A DNA stretch of 54,561 nucleotides, from positions 5,692 through 60,252 of the forward strand of contig CAZEGI010000004.1 in assembly GCA_964512105.1 (NCBI GenBank). The letters are read 5' to 3'. Each line of letters starts with the position of its first letter. Position 1 is the first letter of the stretch. The notes beneath the pieces are model-generated. The model saw only the letters and a list, made by a program, of their open reading frames with translations. It made no database searches and was not told where the DNA came from. The stretch comes from an uncultured archaeon. GTDB lineage: Archaea; Altiarchaeota; Altiarchaeia; IMC4; CAZEGI01. The translations under genes and the position numbers were made by a program. Positions 1-9,010 of this stretch are shown here, piece after piece.

Positions 1-1
1 G

Positions 2-1465
2 GCTACCTTTCTTGCAAGAATTCAAGAATGCAGCGTATATGAAACAGAATCCGAATTTCAATCCGTGATGCGGGAGCAGGTAAACAGAAGAATTACCCAA
101 GATTTAGGTTATTCATTGGATGACCTTCTTTCCAGAAGAAACCTAATTGCAGTCCATGCGGATGAGATAGTCGCGACTGCTGCAAGAGGTGTGGAGGTTT
201 ATCGTACCCATCTTCAATCCATGACGAACAACGATATAAAGAAGATGGTTGGAGATAGATACCCACATAGGAAACGCAAGCATCCGAAAGACGAACGCAG
301 GGATGAGATTAAAAGAGTGGAGGACTACATAACCGGTGCGAGAGGAATTCTCGGTGATGGTTATCTCGTCGGCGAGATAGACCCCGCACTTACACTCGTA
401 CAACAACTTACGGCAGAGATACAGAAGCGGGGCGCGGGATTTCTTACAGCGGCTGCGCCGGTAGCACCGCCGATGCCTGCGCCGCGACCCGTTATACCAA
501 CACCACCGGCACCTGCACCTCCACAAGCAGTTATACCAACGCCACCCGTACCAAGAAGACCGGCCGCGCCGCCAACAGTTACAGCTCCGCCAAGACCAAA
601 ACCGGCTGCACCACCAGCGAGACCCGCACAACCACCTGCAGCAAAATCTGCACCACCAAGACCGGCTGCACCACCACTGGTTCATAGACCTCCTCCGGAA
701 TTCGTGCGACTGCCTGATTTCACGGCCGATAACGTGAATGAAATCGCAGGGATACTTTCACGCCAAGCGCAGTTTGATGGTTTAAGTGTTGGGGAGATAC
801 GATCAGCTCTTACTGCAGGTCTCGCTGATGATAAAGCGCTGCCTCTGGTTATGGGCGAACTCAGTGCCGCGGCTATGAGCAAACCGAAAGAAGTAACAAC
901 TCCAGCACCAACAGCTGAAGGAGAGAGACCAAGACCGGCACATGTGCCGACACGAACAGAAGCGGTACCAGCACCAACACCAGCGAGGACCGGCTGGGAA
1001 GGAAGGATTACAGATATGCGGGCGGGAATAACACCGATGGATTTATTTAGAAAGAGGAATATTCCGCTAACAACGGTCGGGCGTCGTGTTGTGGAAACCC
1101 TGCATGGAAGTCCAAGGGAAGTCGTAACAGAAGGGTTGGTGGTTGTTGACTGGGCTGGTGCTATACGTCAGGAAGGAAAGGAAGCCGCAGAGGACTTTAT
1201 GGATGCTCTTGACGAGAGAGGTTTAAGACTGATTGAAACTGGGATAACCCGAGAAAACATGCTCGAAGTTGGAAGGCATATTGCTGTTGCGGAGGAAGTT
1301 TCTATTAAATGGAGGAAGATTGGTTTGGAGGAAGGGCAAGTTGGCCGTTTGAAGTCAACTATCAGAGACCTGAATGGTGTTGAAGTGGAATGTCCTCCTG
1401 AAATTGCTGCGGAATATGAGGAGGTTAAGGGGAGATTTGCAGAAATTGCTGATGCTATAATTTAA
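2..1465 (+). CDS. hypothetical protein with a long Pro/Ala-rich low-complexity linker; possibly 5'-truncated by the window edge
   Basis: ORF track gives 65..1465 (GTG 65 / ATG 68), but the same frame is stop-free back to base 2. Imperfect repeats VIPTPPAPAP/VIPTPPVPRR and PPRPKPAAPP/PPRPAAPP lie at about 480-690. I recognise no family for the flanking globular parts. Confidence 0.6.
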   Translation, partial: ATFLARIQECSVYETESEFQSVMREQVNRRITQDLGYSLDDLLSRRNLIAVHADEIVATAARGVEVYRTHLQSMTNNDIKKMVGDRYPHRKRKHPKDERRDEIKRVEDYITGARGILGDGYLVGEIDPALTLVQQLTAEIQKRGAGFLTAAAPVAPPMPAPRPVIPTPPAPAPPQAVIPTPPVPRRPAAPPTVTAPPRPKPAAPPARPAQPPAAKSAPPRPAAPPLVHRPPPEFVRLPDFTADNVNEIAGILSRQAQFDGLSVGEIRSALTAGLADDKALPLVMGELSAAAMSKPKEVTTPAPTAEGERPRPAHVPTRTEAVPAPTPARTGWEGRITDMRAGITPMDLFRKRNIPLTTVGRRVVETLHGSPREVVTEGLVVVDWAGAIRQEGKEAAEDFMDALDERGLRLIETGITRENMLEVGRHIAVAEEVSIKWRKIGLEEGQVGRLKSTIRDLNGVEVECPPEIAAEYEEVKGRFAEIADAII

Positions 1466-1480
1466 TTAACCTGCCAACAT

Positions 1481-1999
1481 ATGCACAGATGGTATTTAAC
1501 CCCCGGTGACGTAAATTTTTTTATGGTGATCCACTACGTTCCTGGTGGCCCTCCAACAGTCAATCCGTTTGCAGACCTGCGGCCTTTTGGCAGCATTAAA
1601 AAACGCATCCTTCTCGTCCAAGGTGAAAATGAACATTCCGCATTGGCAGGCAGACTTTCTGAAAGAGGGTTTATAGTTACGCGTGCAAAAACGTATGTTG
1701 AACTGCAGAAGATGGATGTTAAGAGGGGGGAATTTGATGCTGTTATTTTGGACGTTTCACTGCCTATGGACGCGGATGACCGTCCAGCAAATGACCGGGT
1801 TTCCGAAGCCGCTGTCATGGCGAACGAACAGATACTGCCAGGATTAGAACTTCCGTGTATATCTGTCAGCGGGGGCATGATCGGGAATGAAGAAGTTAAA
1901 AAACTCAGCGCTGTTGCCCATGTGAACCATGTGCATCAGAATCTTGAGGTTTTGGTAGGGCACCTTAGAAAACTCACTGGCGGAAAACAAACGGTATGA
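1481..1999 (+). CDS. CheY-like receiver (REC) domain protein, degenerate
   Basis: ILLVQGE ... DAVILDVSLP ... ISVSGG spacing resembles beta1/beta3/beta4 of receiver domains. The acidic pair after beta1 is replaced by QGE. Alternative start at ATG 1523. Confidence 0.5.
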   Translation: MHRWYLTPGDVNFFMVIHYVPGGPPTVNPFADLRPFGSIKKRILLVQGENEHSALAGRLSERGFIVTRAKTYVELQKMDVKRGEFDAVILDVSLPMDADDRPANDRVSEAAVMANEQILPGLELPCISVSGGMIGNEEVKKLSAVAHVNHVHQNLEVLVGHLRKLTGGKQTV

Positions 2000-2005
2000 G
2001 CTATG

Positions 2006-2125
2006 TCATAACCTGACAGAAACGCCTTTTTCTTTTAGGTATTTCTTAACTTTTTTTATAGGATATTCGTTATAATGAAAGATACTTGCTGCAAGAGCCG
2101 CATCTGCCTTCCCTTTTGTGGAACC
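2006..2125 (-). pseudogene. remnant copy of the hisF 3' end (last ~39 codons plus stop)
   Basis: My reverse translation gives [38 protein letters not shown], against [38 protein letters not shown] in the intact hisF. The offset is exactly 169 nt (stop 2006 vs stop 2175). A 23-nt identical core ccgcatctgccttcccttttgtg sits at 2098-2120 and 2267-2289. Confidence 0.8.
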
Positions 2126-2126
2126 C

Positions 2127-2151
2127 CTTTCTTTCTTAGGAAGAAAGAAAG
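2127..2151. repeat. perfect hairpin, 11-bp stem with 3-nt loop, in the junction between hisF and its remnant
   Basis: CTTTCTTTCTT agg AAGAAAGAAAG, read directly from the sequence. It starts 24 nt downstream of the hisF stop. Confidence 0.85.
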
Positions 2152-2174
2152 TTGTTTCATCCCCAAAGAAAGAA

Positions 2175-2951
2175 TTAAAGCCTTACAGAGATATTGTTAT
2201 TCTTCAAGTATTTTTTTACGGTTTTTATTGGATACTCTCCATAGTGAAATATCGATGCAGCGAGCGCCGCATCTGCCTTCCCTTTTGTGAATGCTTCGAG
2301 AATGTGTTGGGGGTTACCAACACCGCCAGATGCTATCACAGGTATACTTACTGATTCAGAAACCAGTTTTGTAAGTTCCAAATCGAAACCTTCCTTTGTT
2401 CCGTCCCTGTCCATGCTCGTCAGCATTATTTCTCCGGCTCCGAGGTTTTCGACTTTTTTCGCCCATTCGAGGGTATCGAGACCCGTCGGTTCCCTGCCGC
2501 CATATATGTAGCACCCGTGCCCGGATTTGGTTTTTCCGGTTCTTTTGCTGTCAATAGCCACGACGATGCACTGCGAGCCGAATTTTTTTGCGCCCTCGGA
2601 AACGAGCTTCGGGTTTTTTATTGCCGCGGTGTTTACAGTGATTTTGTCTGCACCAACGTTCAGAATTTTTCTTATGTCTCCGATGGTTTTTATACCGCCG
2701 CCGACAGTTAACGGGATGAAGACTTTTTCTGCTGTTTTCTCGATGACATCAATCATCGTCGTTCTGCGCTCATGCGACGCGGTGATGTCAAGGAAAACCA
2801 GTTCATCCGCTCCTTCCTTGGAATATTTTTCAGCAAGTTCCCAAGGAATGCCTGCGTATTTTATCTGTTTGAACCTTATGCCTTTTACAACCCTGCCTTC
2901 GGGAACCGAAAGGTCGCAGTCCAAGCAGGGGATGATTCGTTTGGTCAGCAT
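2175..2951 (-). CDS. hisF: imidazole glycerol phosphate synthase cyclase subunit HisF
   Basis: Full-length match to the HisF pattern: [45 protein letters not shown]. Confidence 0.95.
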   Translation of the reverse strand: MLTKRIIPCLDCDLSVPEGRVVKGIRFKQIKYAGIPWELAEKYSKEGADELVFLDITASHERRTTMIDVIEKTAEKVFIPLTVGGGIKTIGDIRKILNVGADKITVNTAAIKNPKLVSEGAKKFGSQCIVVAIDSKRTGKTKSGHGCYIYGGREPTGLDTLEWAKKVENLGAGEIMLTSMDRDGTKEGFDLELTKLVSESVSIPVIASGGVGNPQHILEAFTKGKADAALAASIFHYGEYPIKTVKKYLKNNNISVRL

Positions 2952-3952
2952 TTTGATGATATGATATTACCCTTTACCTCTAAATTAAACCCGAATTTGT
3001 TCACTATTTCGACGTTTGTTTTTGTGTGTTGGGTTATTTCGGAAACCGAAACGCTTCCGCCTGCTAACGCAAGGTAAGGAACGATCTGGTCTGCCATGTG
3101 TTTGTCCAACGCGGCGTTTGTGTTTAATGCATCAATAAGATTTCTTGCTGCTTCATCACCGACCGTTTCCGCACGCTTTCCTTTTTCCCCCAAGGAATCT
3201 GCCCCGAGAATGGAATTTTCAGTTTCAGCCCAGAGCGTTATTCCAGAGCCATACGAAAGCGTATCGGAATACTCATTCTTCATTTTTACTTCTTTTTTTA
3301 ATTTGTTGAAGAATAAGAATCTAGCACTCTTTGACTGGCGTTCAGCAACTTCTGATTTTTTCAGGTCGGAATGTGCGTGAGAGATTCCCATTGTGTTCAG
3401 GATTTCACCACGCTCGGTCAATTCTATTTTTTCTAATCTTGATGGTTTTATTATGACAAGAACTTCACCACCGCCTTTTGGATAATACCCACGTTTTAGA
3501 AGTTCGAGTTCCGCGTCGTAGCCAAATTTTTTCAGTAACGATAAGGTAACAAAATTTAGGTAATCAACAGGCGGGCTCCATCGCACGTCGGTTCCGCCAG
3601 TAATTTTTATTTTTAATTTTTCTTCAGAATGAAATGCGGGTATCATCAGGGATTGCAAGACAAGGGTTGTAGAACCTGCAGTGCCTATGTCTATGCTGAA
3701 ATTTCCTCCGGAAATTTTTTTCGGTGAAAATTCAATTTCTCTTGAACCGAGCACTAAACCGTAAACGTCCGCATCGCAGAGTTTTGAAACCGCAGCGATA
3801 GCATTCAGGTGCTGTGCCTGTAACCCGGGGTTCGGACGGTTTGCGCGGATGTTCGTTATTTTTACGGCTTTTTGCGTGACTGCAGACAACGCTACAGAAG
3901 TTCGCAAAATCTGGCCGCCACCCTCGCCTTGTGAGCCATCGATGTTCAGCAT
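2945..3952 (-). CDS. rtcA: RNA 3'-terminal phosphate cyclase
   Basis: N-terminus [21 protein letters not shown] ... [11 protein letters not shown] ... HL is characteristic of RtcA. 335 aa. Confidence 0.9.
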   Translation of the reverse strand: MLNIDGSQGEGGGQILRTSVALSAVTQKAVKITNIRANRPNPGLQAQHLNAIAAVSKLCDADVYGLVLGSREIEFSPKKISGGNFSIDIGTAGSTTLVLQSLMIPAFHSEEKLKIKITGGTDVRWSPPVDYLNFVTLSLLKKFGYDAELELLKRGYYPKGGGEVLVIIKPSRLEKIELTERGEILNTMGISHAHSDLKKSEVAERQSKSARFLFFNKLKKEVKMKNEYSDTLSYGSGITLWAETENSILGADSLGEKGKRAETVGDEAARNLIDALNTNAALDKHMADQIVPYLALAGGSVSVSEITQHTKTNVEIVNKFGFNLEVKGNIISSKC

Positions 3953-4936
3953 TTATTTCCTTACAAACATCTTTCTTAACTCGGCGCCGACAATTTCTAT
4001 TTTCAGTTTTGAATCCTCTTGACGCATTCTCTTCAGGTTTGGCATTCCTTTTTTGCATTCGTTTACCCACTCCTTTGCGAATTTTCCGGTCTGCACGTCC
4101 CTGAGAATTTTCTTCATTGTTTTTCGCGTTTCTTTGGTGATGATTTTTTTGCCGCGCGTTCTTCCGCCGTATTCTGCGGTATTGGAAACGCACTTCCACA
4201 TGTGTTCCAAGCCGCCCGCCTGTATCAGGTCGGTTATGAGTTTCAGTTCGTGTAAAGTTTCGAAGTATGCGATTTCTGGCTGGTAGCCTGCTTCAACAAG
4301 TGTGTCGAAGGATGCTTTTATCAGCTCTGAAACCCCACCGCAGAGGTCGATTTGCTCTCCGCACAGGTCGGTTTCGGTTTCCTCCCTAAAGGTGGTTTCG
4401 ATAACGCCCGCACGTGTGGCTCCGATAGCCTTTGCCAGTGCCAGGACGTTTTCCTTCGCCTTACCCGATGCATTCTGCTCAGCAGCGATGAGTGCCGGAG
4501 TTCCAAAACCCTCCTCGTAGGTTTCTCGGACGCGGACACCCGGTCCTTTTGGGGCAACCATTATCACATCAACATTCTTGGGTGGGCATATCAACTTGAA
4601 CCGTATGTTAAAGCCGTGCGAGAACATCAGGGTTTTGCCTTTTTTCATGTGTGGCTTTATTTCCGTCTCGTACACACCTGCCTGAACCTCATCCGGAATG
4701 AGGATGTGGATTACGTCTGCTTTTTTTGCGGCCTCGCTTATCGGGTAAACCTTGAAGCCTTCTTTTTCTGCCCTTTCTGCAGACTGGTCTTTCACGGAAC
4801 CTATGATAACGTTCAGCCCGGAATCGCGCATGTTGAGGGCCTGCGCCCTTCCCTGATTTCCGTAACCGATTATTGCGATGGTTTTTCCATCCAATACGCT
4901 TAAATCCGCATCCTTTTCGTAGTATGTTTTAGCCAT
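3953..4936 (-). CDS. ilvC: ketol-acid reductoisomerase
   Basis: [35 protein letters not shown] is the classic IlvC N-terminus. I prefer ATG 4936, which is preceded by GGTGGT, over the track's GTG 4945. Confidence 0.93.
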   Translation of the reverse strand: MAKTYYEKDADLSVLDGKTIAIIGYGNQGRAQALNMRDSGLNVIIGSVKDQSAERAEKEGFKVYPISEAAKKADVIHILIPDEVQAGVYETEIKPHMKKGKTLMFSHGFNIRFKLICPPKNVDVIMVAPKGPGVRVRETYEEGFGTPALIAAEQNASGKAKENVLALAKAIGATRAGVIETTFREETETDLCGEQIDLCGGVSELIKASFDTLVEAGYQPEIAYFETLHELKLITDLIQAGGLEHMWKCVSNTAEYGGRTRGKKIITKETRKTMKKILRDVQTGKFAKEWVNECKKGMPNLKRMRQEDSKLKIEIVGAELRKMFVRK

Positions 4937-4980
4937 TTGAACCACCAGATGAGATAAGTATATGAAGTAGTATATAAAAC

Positions 4981-6624
4981 TTATGCCGCAAGGGTATGTT
5001 CTCTTTCCAGAGGCACGAGCATTCCCTCAAGACCCACGGATAACGCCATGAAATTTATGCTACTGTATCTTACACCTTCAATTCCCGAATCCAGAAGCCA
5101 TGGCTCTATCTTCCCTAGAAGACCGGGTATGCCAAGATAAAATCTCTCGGGATTGCCCTTTGACCACTGTCTTGTTTCTATCGAGCCGTGCGCGGTTTTG
5201 CTTCCGAACCTCGGGTCGATGACCGCCCTTCTGTGCGAGCACAAATCCGAATACCACGGGATTGTTATGCGTGCTGCCTCCTCAACTACGAGTATGTAAC
5301 CGCTTTCTGCAAATCGCTCATCGATTTCCCTGAGGTTCTGCTTCAGTTTTTCGGCATCTGCAATAAGGCGTGCGGCTTCATCCTTCCTGCCACCGGCATC
5401 CAGTTCGCGCGCTTTTACATACAACCCCTCTATGCTGTCGCGCGAGTATCTTGAATCTAAAACAACGAGCGGAGCAGTACACGTTCCGTAACTCACGCAT
5501 ATCGGCGTTTCTGCGACCGGGTTTAGCTTTTCAGGGTCGAAATCAATCTCGATGGGTTTGTCAATCCCTGTTATGGGCCTTATCTGGACGAGGTGCATGG
5601 TGTTGTTCACAAATGCGAATTCGATATCAACACCGTAACCGAAAACCTCTTCAAGTACTTTTCCAACACGTGTCGCTGTTTCTATCTGGTTCTGGGTTAA
5701 CGGCGATAACTCTTCGGTGCCTGCATGTTCGTTGTAAACCGGGTGCGTTCGTTCATGCCAGAGGCGGTGAATTTGCTCTCTTCTTCTTGCAAGATCATAC
5801 TCGGGTTCTTCACCCCTCAAAGATATCGTTTCCGGATAATGCTCAAACCCGTAGGAGATTTTGTGCACCTTCACCCCGCCGTTTTCGATGCCCGTGGTTA
5901 CGATGGTGGAACTGTTGCCTCGAACCGCCGCCTCGAGTGAACCCACAACTGCTTCTATGTGCGTGATTGGTTCCTCAAGGTGGATTGACTCCGGAATCGT
6001 TGAGAACATCACGCCGCCGGCATCCGGTTCAACGAGTTGCTGCATGACGAGGCACATTTTTTCGTTGTCCCCGATTGCAGGGTCTGTGGCCTGGACCAGC
6101 ATGAAGTCTGCCATTATCATCGCGACGTTGAGCTTGACCATATCCGCGCTGTCCGCATCGAGGGACTTGAACTTGCCTGCATACGCCTTATTGAACGAGT
6201 CCTCGCAGGTCGCTGAGGAACGCACTTTAACGATTCCGCCAAGCCTTGCATACTTCTCCTCAACCTCGCGCTCGTTTTCTTCGGATAAGGTGCATTGGTA
6301 CACGAACTCTTCAATCGCTTTGCGCTTCTGTTCGTCCGTCATATCGCTTGCCCTCACGCCGTTTATCTGTTCGATTATGTCGCGGTTGTGCTCTCTGAAG
6401 CTGTCGTAAAAGTCCGCACCAAAAAGCTCGAATTCCGGAACCTGAAGGTCAACCTCGTGACCCCGTCCCTTGAGGATATCCCTTACCCTGTCCACGAGTT
6501 CCTTAAGCTTCAGCAGTCCGAGACCCTTGCCACCGTACCTTGCGTTGAGTTCTGCATCGGATTGCCTGAGTTCAGGCAGCCTGGTCCTGACCGTGCCCCT
6601 TGACTTGGATGCGTGAGCGACCAT
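4981..6624 (-). CDS. PEP-utilising enzyme family protein (PpsA / rifampin-phosphotransferase-like): N-terminal ATP-grasp plus divergent C-terminal phosphohistidine-like segment, no PEP/pyruvate TIM barrel
   Basis: [18 protein letters not shown] matches the PPDK_N nucleotide-binding motif. C-terminal [12 protein letters not shown] resembles the swivel His motif. Start moved to ATG 6624 (M41 of the track ORF) so it no longer overlaps the upstream ORF ending at 6659. Confidence 0.7.
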   Translation of the reverse strand: MVAHASKSRGTVRTRLPELRQSDAELNARYGGKGLGLLKLKELVDRVRDILKGRGHEVDLQVPEFELFGADFYDSFREHNRDIIEQINGVRASDMTDEQKRKAIEEFVYQCTLSEENEREVEEKYARLGGIVKVRSSATCEDSFNKAYAGKFKSLDADSADMVKLNVAMIMADFMLVQATDPAIGDNEKMCLVMQQLVEPDAGGVMFSTIPESIHLEEPITHIEAVVGSLEAAVRGNSSTIVTTGIENGGVKVHKISYGFEHYPETISLRGEEPEYDLARRREQIHRLWHERTHPVYNEHAGTEELSPLTQNQIETATRVGKVLEEVFGYGVDIEFAFVNNTMHLVQIRPITGIDKPIEIDFDPEKLNPVAETPICVSYGTCTAPLVVLDSRYSRDSIEGLYVKARELDAGGRKDEAARLIADAEKLKQNLREIDERFAESGYILVVEEAARITIPWYSDLCSHRRAVIDPRFGSKTAHGSIETRQWSKGNPERFYLGIPGLLGKIEPWLLDSGIEGVRYSSINFMALSVGLEGMLVPLEREHTLAA

Positions 6625-6658
6625 AAGGAATAATACACAGTTAGAAATTAAATATCCC

Positions 6659-6949
6659 CTACCTGCTTCCAGGATGCTCGCCCAGGTGTCTCCTGTCTTT
6701 GAAGGGCAACTGCGTCCCTCCGCTGCTTTCAATCCTCCGGACATTCACCAGATTAAGGAGTTCTTCTTTTAGCTTTTGTTTTTTTTCTGTATCTCTTGCT
6801 TTCAGGTATTCGTCAAATTCCTTGGCAAGTTCCTGAAGCTCCGCATCCTTTGGATATCTCAACAAAAAACTCCTGAACTCCGCCTTTACCTTTTCGTCCT
6901 TGTCCCAGTCCAGCAGCAGGCTCTGGAATACGTAGTGGCTTGCCAGCAT
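6659..6949 (-). CDS. hypothetical small charged protein downstream of atpD
   Basis: 96-aa ORF starting 2 nt after the atpD stop, on the same strand. Helical K/E-rich composition. No family recognised. Confidence 0.45.
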   Translation of the reverse strand: MLASHYVFQSLLLDWDKDEKVKAEFRSFLLRYPKDAELQELAKEFDEYLKARDTEKKQKLKEELLNLVNVRRIESSGGTQLPFKDRRHLGEHPGSR

Positions 6950-6950
6950 T

Positions 6951-7583
6951 TTACGTGTTTTTGTTTTTTATGAGCTTAAGGCGCATGAAGTTTTCGCGCT
7001 CGATTTCCTCAAGGCGCATGCGGATGTATTTCCGCGTGTTTTTCAGCCTCGGAATCATGAGGTATTCGAGCGCATTGACCCTGCGCTTGGTTTTTTTTAT
7101 CTCGTTGGACAACCGCCTGAGCGTTTCTTCGGTCTCCGTGAGTGTTATTATTTGCTTCAGCACTTTATTATAGTCCTCAATCGTGTCATCGAGTGCCGAG
7201 GTTGTGTCCGAGAACCCGTACGGTTGCGAAGCCTTCTTGTGGATTTCGGTTTCAAAACTTAGCCTCGGTACCCTGACGCCCATTATGTTCTCAGTCGTCA
7301 CTTTCGGTTCCTGCATTTCCTCGATCGTTTTGGCTATGGTTTCAACTTCACTCGAGCCCATTGTTGCTTCGGTTTTTATCAGATTGGAATACGCATGGTT
7401 CATCATTCCGAAGAGTTCACTACGAACGTTTCTCGCTTTACCCTCGACCTCGAAGAATTCGATTGCCATGGCGTCGTTTTTTTCCCTCAACAGTTGGTGA
7501 CCCTTGCTGGCGAGCTCGATTTGTTTCTTTATTTCCAGCAACTCCGTCCGCGTGGGATGTACGCCTTCAATAATTTCGGCCAT
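6951..7583 (-). CDS. atpD: A-type ATP synthase subunit D
   Basis: PTRTELLEIKKQIELASKGHQLL N-terminus and position after atpB. Confidence 0.93.
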   Translation of the reverse strand: MAEIIEGVHPTRTELLEIKKQIELASKGHQLLREKNDAMAIEFFEVEGKARNVRSELFGMMNHAYSNLIKTEATMGSSEVETIAKTIEEMQEPKVTTENIMGVRVPRLSFETEIHKKASQPYGFSDTTSALDDTIEDYNKVLKQIITLTETEETLRRLSNEIKKTKRRVNALEYLMIPRLKNTRKYIRMRLEEIERENFMRLKLIKNKNT

Positions 7584-7585
7584 TT

Positions 7586-8968
7586 TTATTTCTTGCGCCC
7601 CAGATGATATTTTTCTATGTGTTTAGAGTCGATTCTCTTCAACTCGCGTTCCGGCAGGAGGGATAACAACTCCCAGCCCAGGTCAAGCGTCTCCTGAATG
7701 CTGCGCTCCTGGGTTTTTTCCTGGTTTATGAACTCGTCCTCGAAGCGCTCCGCGAATTCGAGGAATTTTTTGTCGCGCTCGGAAAGCGCCTCCTCGCCGA
7801 CGACCGCGACCAGGTCCCTTAAATCGCGGCCTTCCGCATATGCTGCATACAGTTGGTTTGACACGTCCTTGTGGTCTTCGCGCGTTCTGTCCTTGCCTAT
7901 GCCCTGGTTCATGAGTCTTGACAAACATGGAAGAACGTCTATCGGCGGGTAAATGCCCTTGCGGTGCAGTTGCCTCCCGAGAACGATTTGACCTTCGGTT
8001 ATGTATCCTGTAAGGTCCGGAATCGGATGCGTTATGTCGTCGTCGGGCATGGCGAGTATCGGTATCTGGGTGATGGTGCCTTTTTTTCCGCGGATTCTGC
8101 CTGCGCGCTCGTAGCTCATTGCCAAATCCGTGTAAAGGTATCCCGGATATCCACGACGCCCGGGAATTTCGGAACGCGCTGCGGAAATCTCCCGTAGGGC
8201 TTCGCAGTAATTCGTCATGTCCGTAAGTATCACGAGGATGTTCATGCCCTTCTCGAATGCCAAATATTCGGCAGTTGTTAATGCAATCCTCGGGATGATT
8301 ATGCGCTCGATTGTGGGGTCATCCGCAAGGTTGATGAACATGACAATTCTTTCCAGTGCTCCTGTTTCCTCAAAATCGCGTTTAAAGAATGCCGCCTCTT
8401 CGGATGTTATGCCCATGCCCGCAAACACGACGGCAAATTCCTCCTTTTCTCCAAGCACCTTTGCCTGTCTCGCAATCTGGGCTGCAAGTTCGTTGTGTGT
8501 TAATCCGGAACCGGAAAAAATCGGTAGCTTCTGTCCACGCACGAGCGTGTTCATCGCGTCTATGGCGGAAATACCGGTTTGGATGAATTCTCTGGGAAAT
8601 TCCCTTGCGGTTGGATTTATCGGATAACCGTTTATGTCACGCCTGTCTTCGGCTATAATGACGCCCTTGCCATCGATGGGACGGCCTGCGCCATCGAACA
8701 CGCGTCCGAGCATGCTTGTGGAAACCGGAATCTTCATGGTTTCTCCGATGAAACGGACTTTGGTTTTCTCTGTGTCTATTCCGGACGTTCCCTCAAAGAC
8801 CTGCACAACCGCGTTGGATGTCATGACATCCAACACCTGTCCGGTACGGCGTTCGCCTGTTCCGGTTTGAATCTCGACGACCTCGCCGTAACTGACATCG
8901 CTTATTTTGTCCACTACTATCAGCGGTCCTGTTACCTCGGTTATTGTTGCGTATTCCCTGACTGCCAT
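7586..8968 (-). CDS. atpB: A-type ATP synthase subunit B
   Basis: 460 aa with the full conserved regulatory-subunit pattern ([14 protein letters not shown]..., [15 protein letters not shown]). Confidence 0.97.
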   Translation of the reverse strand: MAVREYATITEVTGPLIVVDKISDVSYGEVVEIQTGTGERRTGQVLDVMTSNAVVQVFEGTSGIDTEKTKVRFIGETMKIPVSTSMLGRVFDGAGRPIDGKGVIIAEDRRDINGYPINPTAREFPREFIQTGISAIDAMNTLVRGQKLPIFSGSGLTHNELAAQIARQAKVLGEKEEFAVVFAGMGITSEEAAFFKRDFEETGALERIVMFINLADDPTIERIIIPRIALTTAEYLAFEKGMNILVILTDMTNYCEALREISAARSEIPGRRGYPGYLYTDLAMSYERAGRIRGKKGTITQIPILAMPDDDITHPIPDLTGYITEGQIVLGRQLHRKGIYPPIDVLPCLSRLMNQGIGKDRTREDHKDVSNQLYAAYAEGRDLRDLVAVVGEEALSERDKKFLEFAERFEDEFINQEKTQERSIQETLDLGWELLSLLPERELKRIDSKHIEKYHLGRKK

Positions 8969-8981
8969 TTTATGACCTATA

Positions 8982-9010
8982 AAAAACTGGTGGCTTAGCC
9001 ACCAGTTTTT
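8982..9010. terminator. 13-bp perfect hairpin with the atpA stop codon as its 3-nt loop, followed by a U-run on the mRNA strand
   Basis: AAAAACTGGTGGC tta GCCACCAGTTTTT. Loop 8995-8997 is the atpA TAA. On the minus-strand RNA the stem is followed by UUUUUU, 13 nt before the atpB ATG. The terminator/attenuator role is inference. Confidence 0.5.

Noticed and set aside
143-882. Minus-strand ORFs 143..685 and 682..882, rich in Cys/Trp/Arg.
   Set aside because: They are antisense shadows of the Pro/Ala-rich repeat region of the plus-strand gene. Their composition is the mirror image of CCN/GCN codons, and they have no start context.
2075-2354. Plus-strand ORFs 2075..2290 and 2118..2354.
   Set aside because: They run antisense through the hisF remnant and the hisF 3' end, and are explained by the duplication.
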